Source of the DNA: Pecten maximus
Taxonomy: Eukaryota
Assembly: GCF_902652985.1 (NCBI RefSeq)
Contig: NC_047015.1
Coordinates: 47,244,001 to 47,308,000 of the forward strand
Direction of reading: 5' to 3'
DNA length: 64,000 nucleotides
Position 1 is the first letter of the stretch, and each line of letters begins with the position of its first letter. Below are positions 13,925-26,555 of this stretch, one piece after another. The translations under genes and the position numbers were made by a program. The notes beneath the pieces were generated by a model. It did no database searches and was not told the DNA's origin. It saw nothing but the letters and a program-made list of their open reading frames with translations.

Positions 13925-14079
13925 ATTGAATGGGTTCTTTTTTCATTTTCATGGCGGCTATGACACAGTACAGTAGCTATCTACATATCTTCCAAGTTGC
14001 GCATGCGCACCACGGGATATGTAGATAGATACTGATATTCATAGCCGCTATGAAAATGGGGGGGGGGGATCCATTCAAT
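13925..14079. mobile_element. ~155-bp foldback/MITE-like palindromic element
   Basis: Nested inverted arms ATTGAATGG/CCATTCAAT, CATTTTCATGGCGGCTATGA/TCATAGCCGCTATGAAAATG and CAGTAGCTATCTACATATC/GATATGTAGATAGATACTG surround the central palindrome TGCGCATGCGCA (13998-14009). Confidence 0.75.
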
Positions 14080-15284
14080 CCCTAAACGAATATTGTTAGT
14101 GAGAAATAATTCGTGACAAGTTCTTGTGCATACGCAATAGGCAGATACGTTGTAATTTCAGGCCGAATCGTCAAAAAAGTACAGGAACACAGTGCAACAT
14201 CTAGAGTACACGAGAAATGTTATATTTGTATGTTGTAAATCGTTAGATGATTATTATCGGGACGATAACAATGAATTGTCGGAAAACAAGCGTCATCTTT
14301 ATCTACGATTATGAGAAAACACAAACAACGTAAGGTTGTCGGGGTTTTTACCTGAAAACTGGACATTTTTCACATACATATCGTAGACCATATGGCTTGA
14401 ACTATGATAATGCATATCCTAAATCGTCTGAAAATGTTTTTTTGTTTGTTTATTTTTGTTTCTGTCCCCTTTATAGTGTCTAAAATTTAGGCGCCTTGTG
14501 TATTTTAACTTGTATTGATAAGACTTTAGTGGTGTTGTCCATTGGTGTGCGTGTCTTCCGGTTCATATTTGGAGTTTTTGTGGTTGATTGTGGCGACGGA
14601 AAATCAGCTGATAAGTTATCATTTCAGAAATCAGTGTTCACACTAGAATTTCAAACGTGTCATAAATACTACCATTCACAATAGCAGACACCACGTACTT
14701 GATCTAAATATTGTCATTTCATATTTTCAATCCCCTTTTAAAATCCATTTATATTATTTTGAAAGGGATGAATTCCTTTTAAAAGTTATTTAAATTGATA
14801 CGGTCCACACATAACACAGATAAAAATCAACCGCAAACCAACAGGCACACGTTTACCGCCCACAACGTCCGTCGCTACACCTCTATGACACCACGCACGG
14901 ACCGTCCTAGATATTGAACCCTCTTGTAGATAGACGTAATTTTGACTAAATGCACAATGCCCGCTTACGTAAGCATTGAGCATTTCGTGCATATGTAGAA
15001 GTGATGTATACAAGTGTTTATCCGGTCCTTTTGTCTAGTGTCCGTTCGGTCAGATAAGACTAAATTGTCGTGACTGACGGGTGACTGAATTATATCAGAG
15101 CGTAAAAGGCGTGCTGTAAAATATAGATTGGTCCTATCCTTGTAGTCCTGTCAGGTATTTTCGCGCCGTTACGTCTCCACATTGCATCTAACCTCAGATA
15201 ATATTCAATATACAATGCAATTATATTCTATAGGCAGTGTTTATCAGGAGGTTCCCGTACGAACTTTTAGCATGAGGATTAAAA

Positions 15285-15585
15285 CACCTATCCGACAGGA
15301 CCGGACCAAAATAACGACACGTGACCCAATTAATGACACAGTCCAAACCAACAACAAACAACCAATCCGACAGGACCGGACCAAAATAACGACACGTGAC
15401 CATATTAATTACAGTGCAAACCAACGGGAAAGAACCAATCAGACAGGACCTGACCAAACTAGCGACAAGTGACCAAATTAATGACACAGTCCAAACCAAC
15501 AAGAAACAACCAATCAGGCAGGACCGGACCAAAATAGCGACACGTGACCAAATTAATGACACAGTCCAAACCAACAGGAAACATC
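15285..15585. repeat. ~75-bp tandem repeat, 4 copies
   Basis: ACCAATC(C/A)GACAGGACCGGACCAAAATAACGACACGTGACCAAATTAATGACACAGTCCAAACCAACAAGAAACA repeated four times. Confidence 0.92.
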
Positions 15586-15767
15586 CATTCCAATAGTTTC
15601 ATACCGTATCTAAAGGTCAAACCTTGCGAGATCAGACCAATCTAACGACATCTTAACAATCCGACTGAAATAACGGGATATGGCCAACACAATAAGACTG
15701 AAAACTAAGAGACTAGAACGAATCAGTGAAACATGACCAACCAGTGCAGATTTACTGAGATCCAATA

Positions 15768-18126
15768 TACCATTCTGAGCGGTTGAGTAAACCATTATCG
15801 GGAAAGACTGAGTATACTATTGTCAGGAAAGGCTGAGTATACCATTATCGGGAGAGGCTGAGTATACCATTATCGGGAAAGACTGAGTATACCATTATCG
15901 GGAAAGGCTGAGTATACCATTATCGGGAGAGGCTGAGTATACCATTATCGGGAGAGGCTGAGTAAACCATTATCGAGAGAGGCTGAGTATTCCATTATCG
16001 GGAAAGGCTGAGTATGCAATTCTCGGGAGAGGCTGAGTATACTATTATCGGGAGAGGCTGAGTATACTATTATCGGGAAAGATTGAGTATATCATTATGG
16101 GGAGAGGCTGAGTATACTATTATCGGGAGAGGCTGAGTATACTATTATCGGGAGAGGCTGAGTATACCATTATCGGGAGAGGCTGAGTATACCATTATCG
16201 GGAGAGGCTGAGTATACCATTATCGGGAGAGGCTGAGTATACCATTATCGGGAGAGGCTGAGTATACTATTATCGGGAGAGGCTGAGTATACCATTATCG
16301 GGAGAGGCTGAGTATACCATTATCGGGAGAGGCTGAGTATATCATTATCGGGAGAGGCTGAGTAAACCATTATCGAGAAAGGCCGAGTATACCATTATCG
16401 GGAAAGGCTGAGTATACCATTATCGAGAGAGGTTGAGTATACCATTATCGAGAGAGGTTGAGTATACCATTATCGGGAGAAGCTGAGTATACCATTATCG
16501 GGAAAGGCTGATTATACCATTTTCGGAAAAGGCTGAGAATACCATTATCGGGAAAAGCTGAGTAAACTATTTTTCGGGAGAGGCTGAGTATAACATGATC
16601 GGGAGAGGATGAGTATACCATTATCGGGAGAGGCTGAGTATACCATTTTCGGGAGAGGCTGAGTATACTATTGTCGGGAAAGACTGAGTATACCATTATT
16701 GGGAGAGGCTGAGTATATCATTATCGGGAGAGGCTGAGTAAACCATTATCGAGAAAGGCCGAGTATACCATTATCGGGAAAGGCTGAGTATACCATTATC
16801 GGGAAAGGCTGAGTATACCATTATCGGGAAAGGCTGAGTATACCATTATCGGGAAAGGCTGAGTATACCATTATCGGGAAAGGCTGAGTATACCATTATC
16901 GGGAAAGGCCGAGTATACCATTATCGGGAAAGGCTGAGTATACCATTATCGGGAAAGGCTGAGTATACCATTATCGAGAGAGGTTGAGTATACCATTATC
17001 GAGAGAGGGTGAGTATACCATTATCGGGAGAGGCTGAGTATACCATTATCGGGAAAGGCTGATTATACCATTTTCGGAAAAGGCTGAGAATACCATTATC
17101 GGGAAAAGCTGAGTAAACTATTTTTCGGGAGAGGCTGAGTATAACATGATCGGGAGAGGCTGAGTATACCATTATCGGGAGAGGCTGAGTATACCATTAT
17201 CGGGAGAGGCTGAGTATACTATTGTCGGGAAAGACTGAGTATACCATTATTGGGAGAGGCTGAGTATACCATTATCGGGAAAGGCTGAGTATACCATTAT
17301 CGGGAGAGACTGAGTATACCATTATCGGGAGAGGCTGAGTATACCATTATCTGGAAAAGCTGAGTATACCATTATCGGGAGAGGCTGAGTATACTATTGT
17401 CGGGAAAGACTGAGTATACCATTATTGGGAGAGGCTGATTATACCAGTATCGGGAGAGGCTGAGTATACCATTATCGAGAGAGGCTGAGTATACCATTAT
17501 CGGGAAAAGCTGAGTATACCATTATCGGGAAAGACTGAGTATACCATTATCGGTAAAGACTGATTATACCATTATCGGGAAAGACTGAGTATACCATTTT
17601 CGGGAGAGGCTGAGTATACCATTATCGGGAAAGGCTGAGTATACCATTATCAGGAGAGGCTGAGTATACTATTGTCGGGAAAGGCTGAGTATACCATTAT
17701 CGGGAGAGGCTGAGTATACCATTATCGGGAAAGCCTGAGTATACCATTATCGGGAGAGGCTAAGTATACCATTATCGGGAGAGGCTGAGTATACCATTAT
17801 CGGGAAAGGCTGAGTATACCATTATCGGGAGAGGCTGAGTATACCATTATCGGGAGAGGCTGAGTATACCATTATCGGGAAAGACTGAGTATACCATTAT
17901 CGGGAAAGGCTGAGTATACCATTATCGGGAGAGGTTGAGTATACCATTATTGGGAGAGGTTGAGTATACCATTATGGGGAGAGGTTGCGTATACCATTAT
18001 CGGGAAAGGCTGAGTATACCATTATCGGGAGAGGCTGTGTATACCATTATCGGGAGAGGCTGAGTATACCATTATCGGGAAAGGCTGAGTATACCATTAT
18101 CGGGAGAGGCTGAGTATACCATTATC
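15768..18126. repeat. Highly homogeneous 25-bp satellite
   Basis: GGCTGAGTATACCATTATCGGGA(G/A)A, about 94 copies. A diagnostic variant block at ~16510-16700 recurs at ~17061-17250. Confidence 0.98.
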
Positions 18127-18789
18127 CTTTATTTGTAGTTACATTATCTAGTTACACAATGCATTAACAAAGGAAACATTTGCAGACCCCGCCTTATGTG
18201 CAGAAGTCCGTGTTTGGATCGTATAAAACAGGTAAAATTATCCGGTTTGATTTTCCCCTCCATCACCTTATCGTAGGGTGTATGGCGATATTCTATCATC
18301 CATGTCACATGTGATCTTTACACCTACACCTTACCTGACTAAGCGTGGCAGTGACTCGGCTGATTGTATAGGGCGGAACCAGTTGCCACCTCTGACTAAG
18401 TCTATACATGTATATACGTATTTGGTTTCACATTGATTGAAATACTATACACAAAAGAAAATTATCTCGGGAAAGAACTATATTTGTTTTTTCCAACTAA
18501 ACCCGGGTCCATATACTCTGTTAAAATCAAAATGTAGGATTTGTTTTTCTTGACATAACTGCTGAATTCATTCCTTTTGTCACACTTGTTGGAACCCTCC
18601 AACATGAGGACAATCTATGACAGCGGACCATTTCACTTTTGCGTGTATTACAACGCTGTGTTGTCCAGTTGTTATCAAGAAAGCTTTAGCATAAAACTGA
18701 GAGTGCTGATACGTCTTCCATATACCTGCAATGTGTAGAGAATCCGTTATAAGTACAGTTGTGCTCGTTACTATATGTATGCATGCAAT

Positions 18790-20360
18790 GCTTGAGACAC
18801 TCTGGACATGTGCGAGGTTCTGGAGACAATCTGTAAATGTGGCTATTTCAAGAGACACTGTCGGGACGGTCTTGGCATGTACCTGTTTCTTGAGATGGTC
18901 TGGGTGTGTGTGTGTGTGTGTATTACTTGAGACGGTCTAGATATGTGCGTGTATTACTTGAGACGGTCTAGATATGTGCGTGTATTACTTGAGACGGTAT
19001 GGATATGTGCGTGTATTACTTGAGACGGTATGGATATGTGCGTGTATTACTTGAGACGGTCTAGATATGTGCGTGTATTACTTGAGAAGGTCTAGATATG
19101 CGCGTGTATTACTTGAGACGGTCTTGACAAGCGCGTGTATTACTTGAGACGGTCTGGATATGTGCGTGTATTACTTGAGACGGTCTGGATATATGCGTGT
19201 ATTACTTGAGATGGTCTGGTTGTGTGCGTGTATTACTTGAGACGGTCTAGATATGTGCGTGTATTACTTGAGAAGGTCTAGATATGCGCGTGTATTACTT
19301 GAGACGGTCTTGACAAGCGCGTGTATTACTTGAGACGGTCTGGATATGTGCGTGTATTACTTGAAACGGTCTAGATATGGGCGTGTATTACTTGGGACGG
19401 TCTAGATATGCGCGTGTATTGCTTGAGACGGTCTGTATATGCGCGTGTATTACTTGAGACGATCTGGACATGCGCGTGTATTACTTGGGACGGTCTAGAT
19501 ATGCGCGTGTATTACTTGAGACGGTCTAGATATGCGCGTGTATTACTTGGGACGGTCTAGATATGCGCGGGTATTACTTGAGACGGTCTTGACAAGCGCG
19601 TGTATTACTTGAGACGGTCTGGACATGCGCGTGTATAACTTGAGACGGTCTGTATATGCGCGTGTATTACTTGAGACGGTCTAGATATGCGCGGGTATTA
19701 CTTGAGACGGTCTTGACAAGCGCGTGTATTACTTGAGACGGTCTGGACATGCGCGTGTATAACTTGAGACGGTCTGTATATGCGCATGTATTACTTGAGA
19801 CGGTCTAGATATGCCCGTGTATTACTTGAGACGGTCTGGATATATGCGTGTATTACTTGAGACGGTATGGATATGTGCGAGTATTACTTGAAACGGTCTA
19901 GATATCTGCGTGTATTACTTGAGACGGTCTAGATAAGGGCGTGTATTACTTGAGACGATCTAGATATATGCGCGTGTATTACTTGAGACAGTCTAGATAT
20001 GCGCGTGTATTACTTGAGATGGTCTGTATATGCGCGTGTATTGTATGGACAAGCGTTTGTTTCTTGAGACATTATTGACAAGTGCACGTTCTTGAGACAG
20101 TCATGACACGAAGCGATTCTAAAGAAAATCTGGACATGCATATGTTTCAGATGGTTCCGACATGAATGCGTTTTTCGAGACAGTCTGGACATGCGCGTTT
20201 CTTGAGACAGCCTCGACATACGCGTTTCTTAAGATATATGTAGTCTGGACATGCACTTGATTCTTGAGACTGTCTGGACATGCGCGTGAATTACTTGAGA
20301 CAGTCTGTACAAGCGTGTGGTTCTTAAGACAGTCTGGACATGCGTGTATTACGTGAGACA
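18790..20360. repeat. 31-bp satellite (left part of a compound array)
   Basis: TATTACTTGAGACGGTCTAGATATG(T/C)GCGTG; homogeneous at 18920-20040 and degenerate at both edges. Confidence 0.96.
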
Positions 20361-23300
20361 CGATAGACATACTAGTACGTGTGTGTCTTGAGACAGTCGG
20401 GACATGAGTATGTGTGGTTCGTGAGACAGTCGGTACATGAGTATATGTGGTTTGTGAGACAGTCGGGATATGGGTATGTGTGGTTCGTGAGACAGTCGGG
20501 ACATGGGTATGTGTGTGTCTTGAGACAGTCGGGAAATGAGTATGTGTGGTTCGTGAGACAGTCGGGACATGGGTATGTGTGGTGCGTGAGACAGTCGGGA
20601 CATTGGTATGTGTGGTTGGTGAGACAGTCGGGACATGGGTATGTGTGGTTCGTGAGACAGTCGGGACACGGGTTTGTGTGGTTCGTGAGACAGTCGGGAC
20701 ATGGGTATGTGTGGTTCGTGAGACAGTCGGGATATGGGTATGTGTGGTTCGTGAGACAGTCGGGACATTAGTATGTGTGGTTCGTGAGACAGTCGGGACA
20801 TGGGTTTGTGTGGTTCGTGAGACAGTCGGGACATGGGTATGTGTGGTTCGTGAGACAGTCGGGACATGGGTATGTGTGGTTCGTGAGACAGTCGGGACAT
20901 GGGTATGTGTGGTTCGTGAGACAGTCGGGACATGGGTATGTGTGGTTCGTGAGATAGTCGGGATATGGGTATGTGTGGTTCGTGAGACAGTCGGGATATG
21001 GGTATGTGTGGTTCGTGAGACAGTCGGGACATGGGTATGTGTGGTTCGTGAGACAGTCGGGACATGGATATGTGTGGTTCGTGAGACAGTCGGGACATGA
21101 GTATGTGTGGTTCGTGAGACAGTCGGGACCTGCAAGTGTTTTCAGACGTCGGGACATGTGGTTTTGGTATCTGTGAACAGGTCTAGAATGGGGTTGTATT
21201 CTGAGACGTCTAGAATGGTTGTGTTTGTGCTTGGACGGTTGTGTGGTTAGACGGTCGATGTATTATTGGACGGTTCTGATACAGTCGTGAATGTATTGTC
21301 TAACGTCGGACATGGAGTGTGATTCTTAGACGGTCCTGGTATGTGGTGTTCTTGAACGGTCATGATATGTGTGGTTCTGAGACAGTCTGGACATGGGTTG
21401 TATCTTGAGACAGTCGAGACATGTATGGCGTGTTTCTTGAGACGGTCGAGAATGGGTGTGTGGTTACGTGGACGTCGGGACATGAGGTGTGTGTTGTGGA
21501 CGGTCGGACATGGGTTGTGTTCTTTGAGACGATCGAGACATGGGTGTGTTCGTGAGACGTCGACATGCGTATGTGGTTCTGAGACGTCTGGACATGCGGT
21601 ATGTTGGTCGGTACGTGGCAGATATGTGTGGTTCGTGAGACAGTCGGGATATGGGTATGTGTGGTTCGTGAGACAGTCGGGACATGGGTATGTGTGGTTC
21701 GTGAGACAGTCGGGACATTAGTATGTGTGGTTCGTGAGACAGTCGGGACATGGGTATGTGTGGTTCGTGAGACAGTCGGGACATGGGTATGTGTGGTTCG
21801 TGAGACAGTCGGGACATGGGTATGTGTGGTTCGTGAGACAGTCGGGACATGAGTATGTGTGGTTGTGAGACAGTCGGACATGGGTATGTTTGGTTCGTGA
21901 GACAGTGGGGACATGAGTATGTGTGGTTCGTGAGACAGTCGGGACATGAGTATGTGTGGTTCGTGAGACAGTCGGGACATGGGTATGTGTGGTTCGTGAG
22001 ACAGTCGGGACATGGGTATGTGTGGTTCGTGAGACGGTCGGGACATGGGTATGTGTGGTTCGTGAGACAGTCGGGACATGAGTATGTGTGGTTCGTGAGA
22101 CAGTCGGGACATGAGTATGTGTGGTTGTGAGACAGTCGGACATGGATATGTTTGGTTCGTGAGACAGTCGGGACATGAGTATGTGTGGTTCGTGAGACAG
22201 TCGGGACATGGGTATGTTTGGTTCGTGAGACAGTCGGGACATGAGTATGTGTGGTTCGTGAGACAGTCGGGACATGGATATGTGTGGTTGGTGAGACAGT
22301 CGGGACATGGGTATGTGTGGTTGGTGAGACAGTCGGTACATGGGTATATGTGGTTCGTGAGACAGTCGGGACATGGGTATGTGTGGTTGGTGAGACAGTC
22401 GGGACATGGGTATGTGTTGTTCGTAATACAGTCGGGATATGGGTATGTGTGGTTCGTGAGACAGTTGGGACGTGAGTATGGGTGGTTCGTGAGACGGTCG
22501 GGACATGGGTATGTGTGATTCGTGAGACAGTCGGTACATGAGTATGTGTGGTTCGTGAGACAGTCGGGACATGGGTATGTGTGGTTCGTGAGACAGTCGG
22601 GACATGGGTATGTGTGGTTCGTGAGACAGTCGGGACATGGGTATGTGTGGTTCGTGAGACAGTCGGGACATGGGTATATGTGGTTCGGGAGACAGTCGGG
22701 ACATGGGTATGTGTGGTTCGGGAGACAGTCGGGACATTAGTACGTGTGGTTCGTGAGACAGTCGGGATATGGGTATGTGTGGTTCGTGGGACAGTCGGGA
22801 CATGGGTATGTGTGGTTCTCGAGACAGTCGGGACATGGATATGTGTGGTTCGTGAGACAGTCGAGACATGGGTTTGTGTGGTTCGTGAGACAGTCGGGAC
22901 ATGAGTATGTGTGGTTGTGAGACAGTCGGGACATTAGTAGGTGTGGTTCGTGAGACAGTCGGGACATGGGTATGTGTGGTTCGTGAGACAGTCGGGACAT
23001 GAGTATGTGTGGTTGTGAGACAGTCGGACATGGGTATGTTTGGTTCGTGAGACAGTGGGGACATGAGTATGTGTGGTTCGTGAGACAGTCGGGACATGAG
23101 TATGTGTGGTTCGTGAGACAGTCGGGACATAGGTATGTGTGGTTCGTGAGACAGTCGGGACATGGGTATGTGTGGTTCGTGAGACGGTCGGGACATGGGT
23201 ATGTGTGGTTCGTGAGACAGTCGGGACATGAGTATGTGTGGTTCGTGAGACAGTCGGGACATGAGTATGTGTGGTTGTGAGACAGTCGGACATGGGTATG

Positions 23301-26210
23301 TTTGGTTCGTGAGACAGTCGGGACATGAGTATGTGTGGTTCGTGAGACAGTCGGGACATGGGTATGTTTGGTTCGTGAGACAGTCGGGACATGGGTATGT
23401 GTGGTTCGTGAGACAGTCGGGAGATGAGTATGTGTGGTTCGTGAGACAGTCGGGACATGAGTATGTGTGGTTCGTGAGACAGTCGGGACATGAGTATGTG
23501 TGGTTCGTGAGACAGTCGGGACATGGGTATGTGTGGTTCGTGAGACAGTCGGGACATGAGTATGTGTGGTTCGTGAGACAGTCGGGACATGAGTATGTGT
23601 GGTTCGTGAGACAGTCGGGACATGGGTATGTGTGGTTCGTGTGACAGTGGGACATGAGTATGTGTGGTTCGTGAGACAGTCGGGATATGGGTATGTGTGG
23701 TTCGTGAGACAGTCGGGACATGGGTATGTGTGGTTCGTGAGACAGTCGGGACATTAGTATGTGTGGTTCGTGAGACAGTCGGGACATGGGTATGTGTGGT
23801 TCGTGAGACAGTCGGGACATGGGTATGTGTGGTTCGTGAGACAGCCGGGACATGGGTATGTGTGGTTCGTGAGACAGTCGGGACATGAGTATGTGTGGTT
23901 GTGAGACAGTCGGACATGGGTATGTTTGGTTCGTGAGACAGTGGGGACATGAGTATGTGTGGTTCGTGAGACAGTCGGGACATGAGTATGTGTGGTTCGT
24001 GAGACAGTCGGGACATGGGTATGTGTGGTTCGTGAGACAGTCGGGACATGGGTATGTGTGGTTCGTGAGACGGTCGGGACATGGGTATGTGTGGTTCGTG
24101 AGACAGTCGGGACATGAGTATGTGTGGTTCGTGAGACAGTCGGGACATGAGTATGTGTGGTTGTGAGACAGTCGGACATGGGTATGTTTGGTTCGTGAGA
24201 CAGTCGGGACATGAGTATGTGTGGTTCGTGAGACAGTCGGGACATGGGTATGTTTGGTTCGTGAGACAGTCGGGACATGAGTATGTGTGGTTCGTGAGAC
24301 AGTCGGGACATGGATATGTGTGGTTGGTGAGACAGTCGGGACATGGGTATGTGTGGTTGGTGAGACAGTCGGTACATGGGTATATGTGGTTCGTGAGACA
24401 GTCGGGACATGGGTATGTGTGGTTGGTGAGACAGTCGGGACATGGGTATGTGTTGTTCGTAATACAGTCGGGATATGGGTATGTGTGGTTCGTGAGACAG
24501 TTGGGACGTGAGTATGGGTGGTTCGTGAGACGGTCGGGACATGGGTATGTGTGATTCGTGAGACAGTCGGTACATGAGTATGTGTGGTTCGTGAGACAGT
24601 CGGGACATGGGTATGTGTGGTTCGTGAGACAGTCGGGACATGGGTTTGTGTGGTTCGTGAGACAGTCGGGACATGGGTATGTGTGGTTCGTGAGACAGTC
24701 GGGACATGGGTATATGTGGTTCGGGAGACAGTCGGGACATGGGTATGTGTGGTTCGGGAGACAGTCGGGACATTAGTACGTGTGGTTCGTGAGACAGTCG
24801 GGATATGGGTATGTGTGGTTCGTGGGACAGTCGGGACATGGGTATGTGTGGTTCTCGAGACAGTCGGGACATGGATATGTGTGGTTCGTGAGACAGTCGA
24901 GACATGGGTTTGTGTGGTTCGTGAGACAGTCGGGACATGAGTATGTGTGGTTGTGAGACAGTCGGGACATTAGTAGGTGTGGTTCGTGAGACAGTCGGGA
25001 CATGGGTATGTGTGGTTCGTCAGACAGTCGGGACATGAGTATGTGTGGTTCGTCAGACAGTCGGGACATGAGTATGTGTGGTTCGTGAGACAGTCGGGAC
25101 ATGGGTATGTGTGGTTCGTGAGACAGTCGGGACATGGGTATGTGTGGTTCGTGAGACAGTCGGGACATGAGTATGTGTGGTTCGTGAGACAGTGGGGACA
25201 TGGGTATGTGTGGTTCGTGAGACAGTCGGGACATGGGTATGTGTGGTTCGTGAGACAGTCGGGACATGGGTATGTGTGGTTCGTGAGACAGTCGGGACAT
25301 GGGTTTGTGTGGTTCGTGAGACGGTCGGGACATGAGTATGTGTGGTTCGTAAGACACTCGGGACATGGGTTTGTGTGGTTGTGAGACAGTCGGGACATGG
25401 GTATGTGTGGTTGTGAGACAGTCGGGACATGGGTATGTGTGGTTCGTGAGACAGTCGGGACATGAGTATGTGTGGTTCGTGAGACAGTCGGGACATGAGT
25501 ATGTGTGGTTCGTGAGACAGTCGGGACATGGGTTTGTGTGGTTCGTGAGACAGTCGGGACATGAGTATGTGTGGTTCGTGAAACAGTCGGGACATGAGTA
25601 TGTGTGGTTCGTGAGACAGTCGGGACATGGGTTTGTGTGGTTCGTGAGACAGTCGTGACATGGGTATGTGTGGTTCGTGAGACAGTCGGGACATGGGTTT
25701 GTGTGGTTCGTGAGACAGTCGGGACATGAGTATGTGTGGTTCGTGAGACAGTCGGGACATGGGTATGTGTGGTTCGTGAGACAGTCGGGAGATGAGTATG
25801 TGTGGTTCGTGAGACAGTCGGGACATGAGTATGTGTGGTTCGTGAGACAGTCGGGACATGAGTATGTGTGGTTCGTGAGACAGTCGGGACATGGGTATGT
25901 GTGGTTCGTGAGACAGTCGGGACATGAGTATGTGTGGTTCGTGAGACAGTCGGGACATGAGTATGTGTGGTTCGTGAGACAGTCGGGACATGGGTATGTG
26001 TGGTTCGTGAAACAGTCGGGACATGAGTATGTGTGGTTCGTGAGACAGTCGGGACATGGGTTTGTGTGGCTCGTGAGACAGTCGTGACATGGGTATTTGT
26101 GGTTCGTGAGACAGTCGGGACATGGGTATGTGTGGTTCGTGAGACAGTCGGGACATGGGTATGTGTGGTTCGTGAGACAGTCGGGACATGGGTATGTGTG
26201 GTTCGTGAGA
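20361..26210. repeat. 33-bp satellite (core of the compound array) with higher-order duplications
   Basis: GTGAGACAGTCGGGACATG(G/A)GTATGTGTGGTTC, about 160 copies. Because the unit is 11 codons long, long pseudo-ORFs appear on both strands. Confidence 0.98.
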
Positions 26211-26249
26211 CGTTCTGGGCATCACAGTCTTGACATACATATGTTTTTT

Positions 26250-26555
26250 CAGACGATCGATCCGGACATCTCTGCTTGATTCTTGAGACGATTTGAACAT
26301 GCACGATTGATTGTTGAGACGATCTGGACATCCGTGATTTATTATTGAGCCGATCTGGGCATCCGTGATTTATTATTGAGACGATCTGGACATGTGTGAT
26401 TGATTCTTGAGACGATTCGGACATCCATGTTTGATTCTTGAGACGATCTGGACATCCGTATGTGATTGTTTAGACGACCTGGACACCGTGTTTGATTCTT
26501 GAGACGATCTGGACATGCGTGTTTGATTCTTGAGACGATCCGGACATCCGTGTTT
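26250..26555. repeat. 31-bp satellite (right flank of the compound array)
   Basis: TTGATTCTTGAGACGATCTGGACATCCGTGT, about 9-10 copies, homologous to the left 31-bp unit. Confidence 0.9.

Noticed and set aside
15768-18126. CRISPR-like regular 25-bp repeats (also the 31-36-bp arrays)
   Set aside because: The units are head-to-tail with no unique spacers, there are no cas genes, and the context is eukaryotic.
18580-18725. Minus-strand frame GIWKTYQHSQFYAKAF... after an acceptor-like TTGCAG
   Set aside because: Short, with no recognisable homology, and the ORF's upstream part lies in degenerate satellite.
20119-26424. Long ORFs of up to 722 aa (MSRLSHEPHIP / HVPTVSRTTHT / CPDCLTNHTYP repeats)
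   Set aside because: The 33-bp unit is stop-free in most frames on both strands, and frames switch at indels. There is no unique N- or C-terminus or splice context, and the CxxC motif is incidental.
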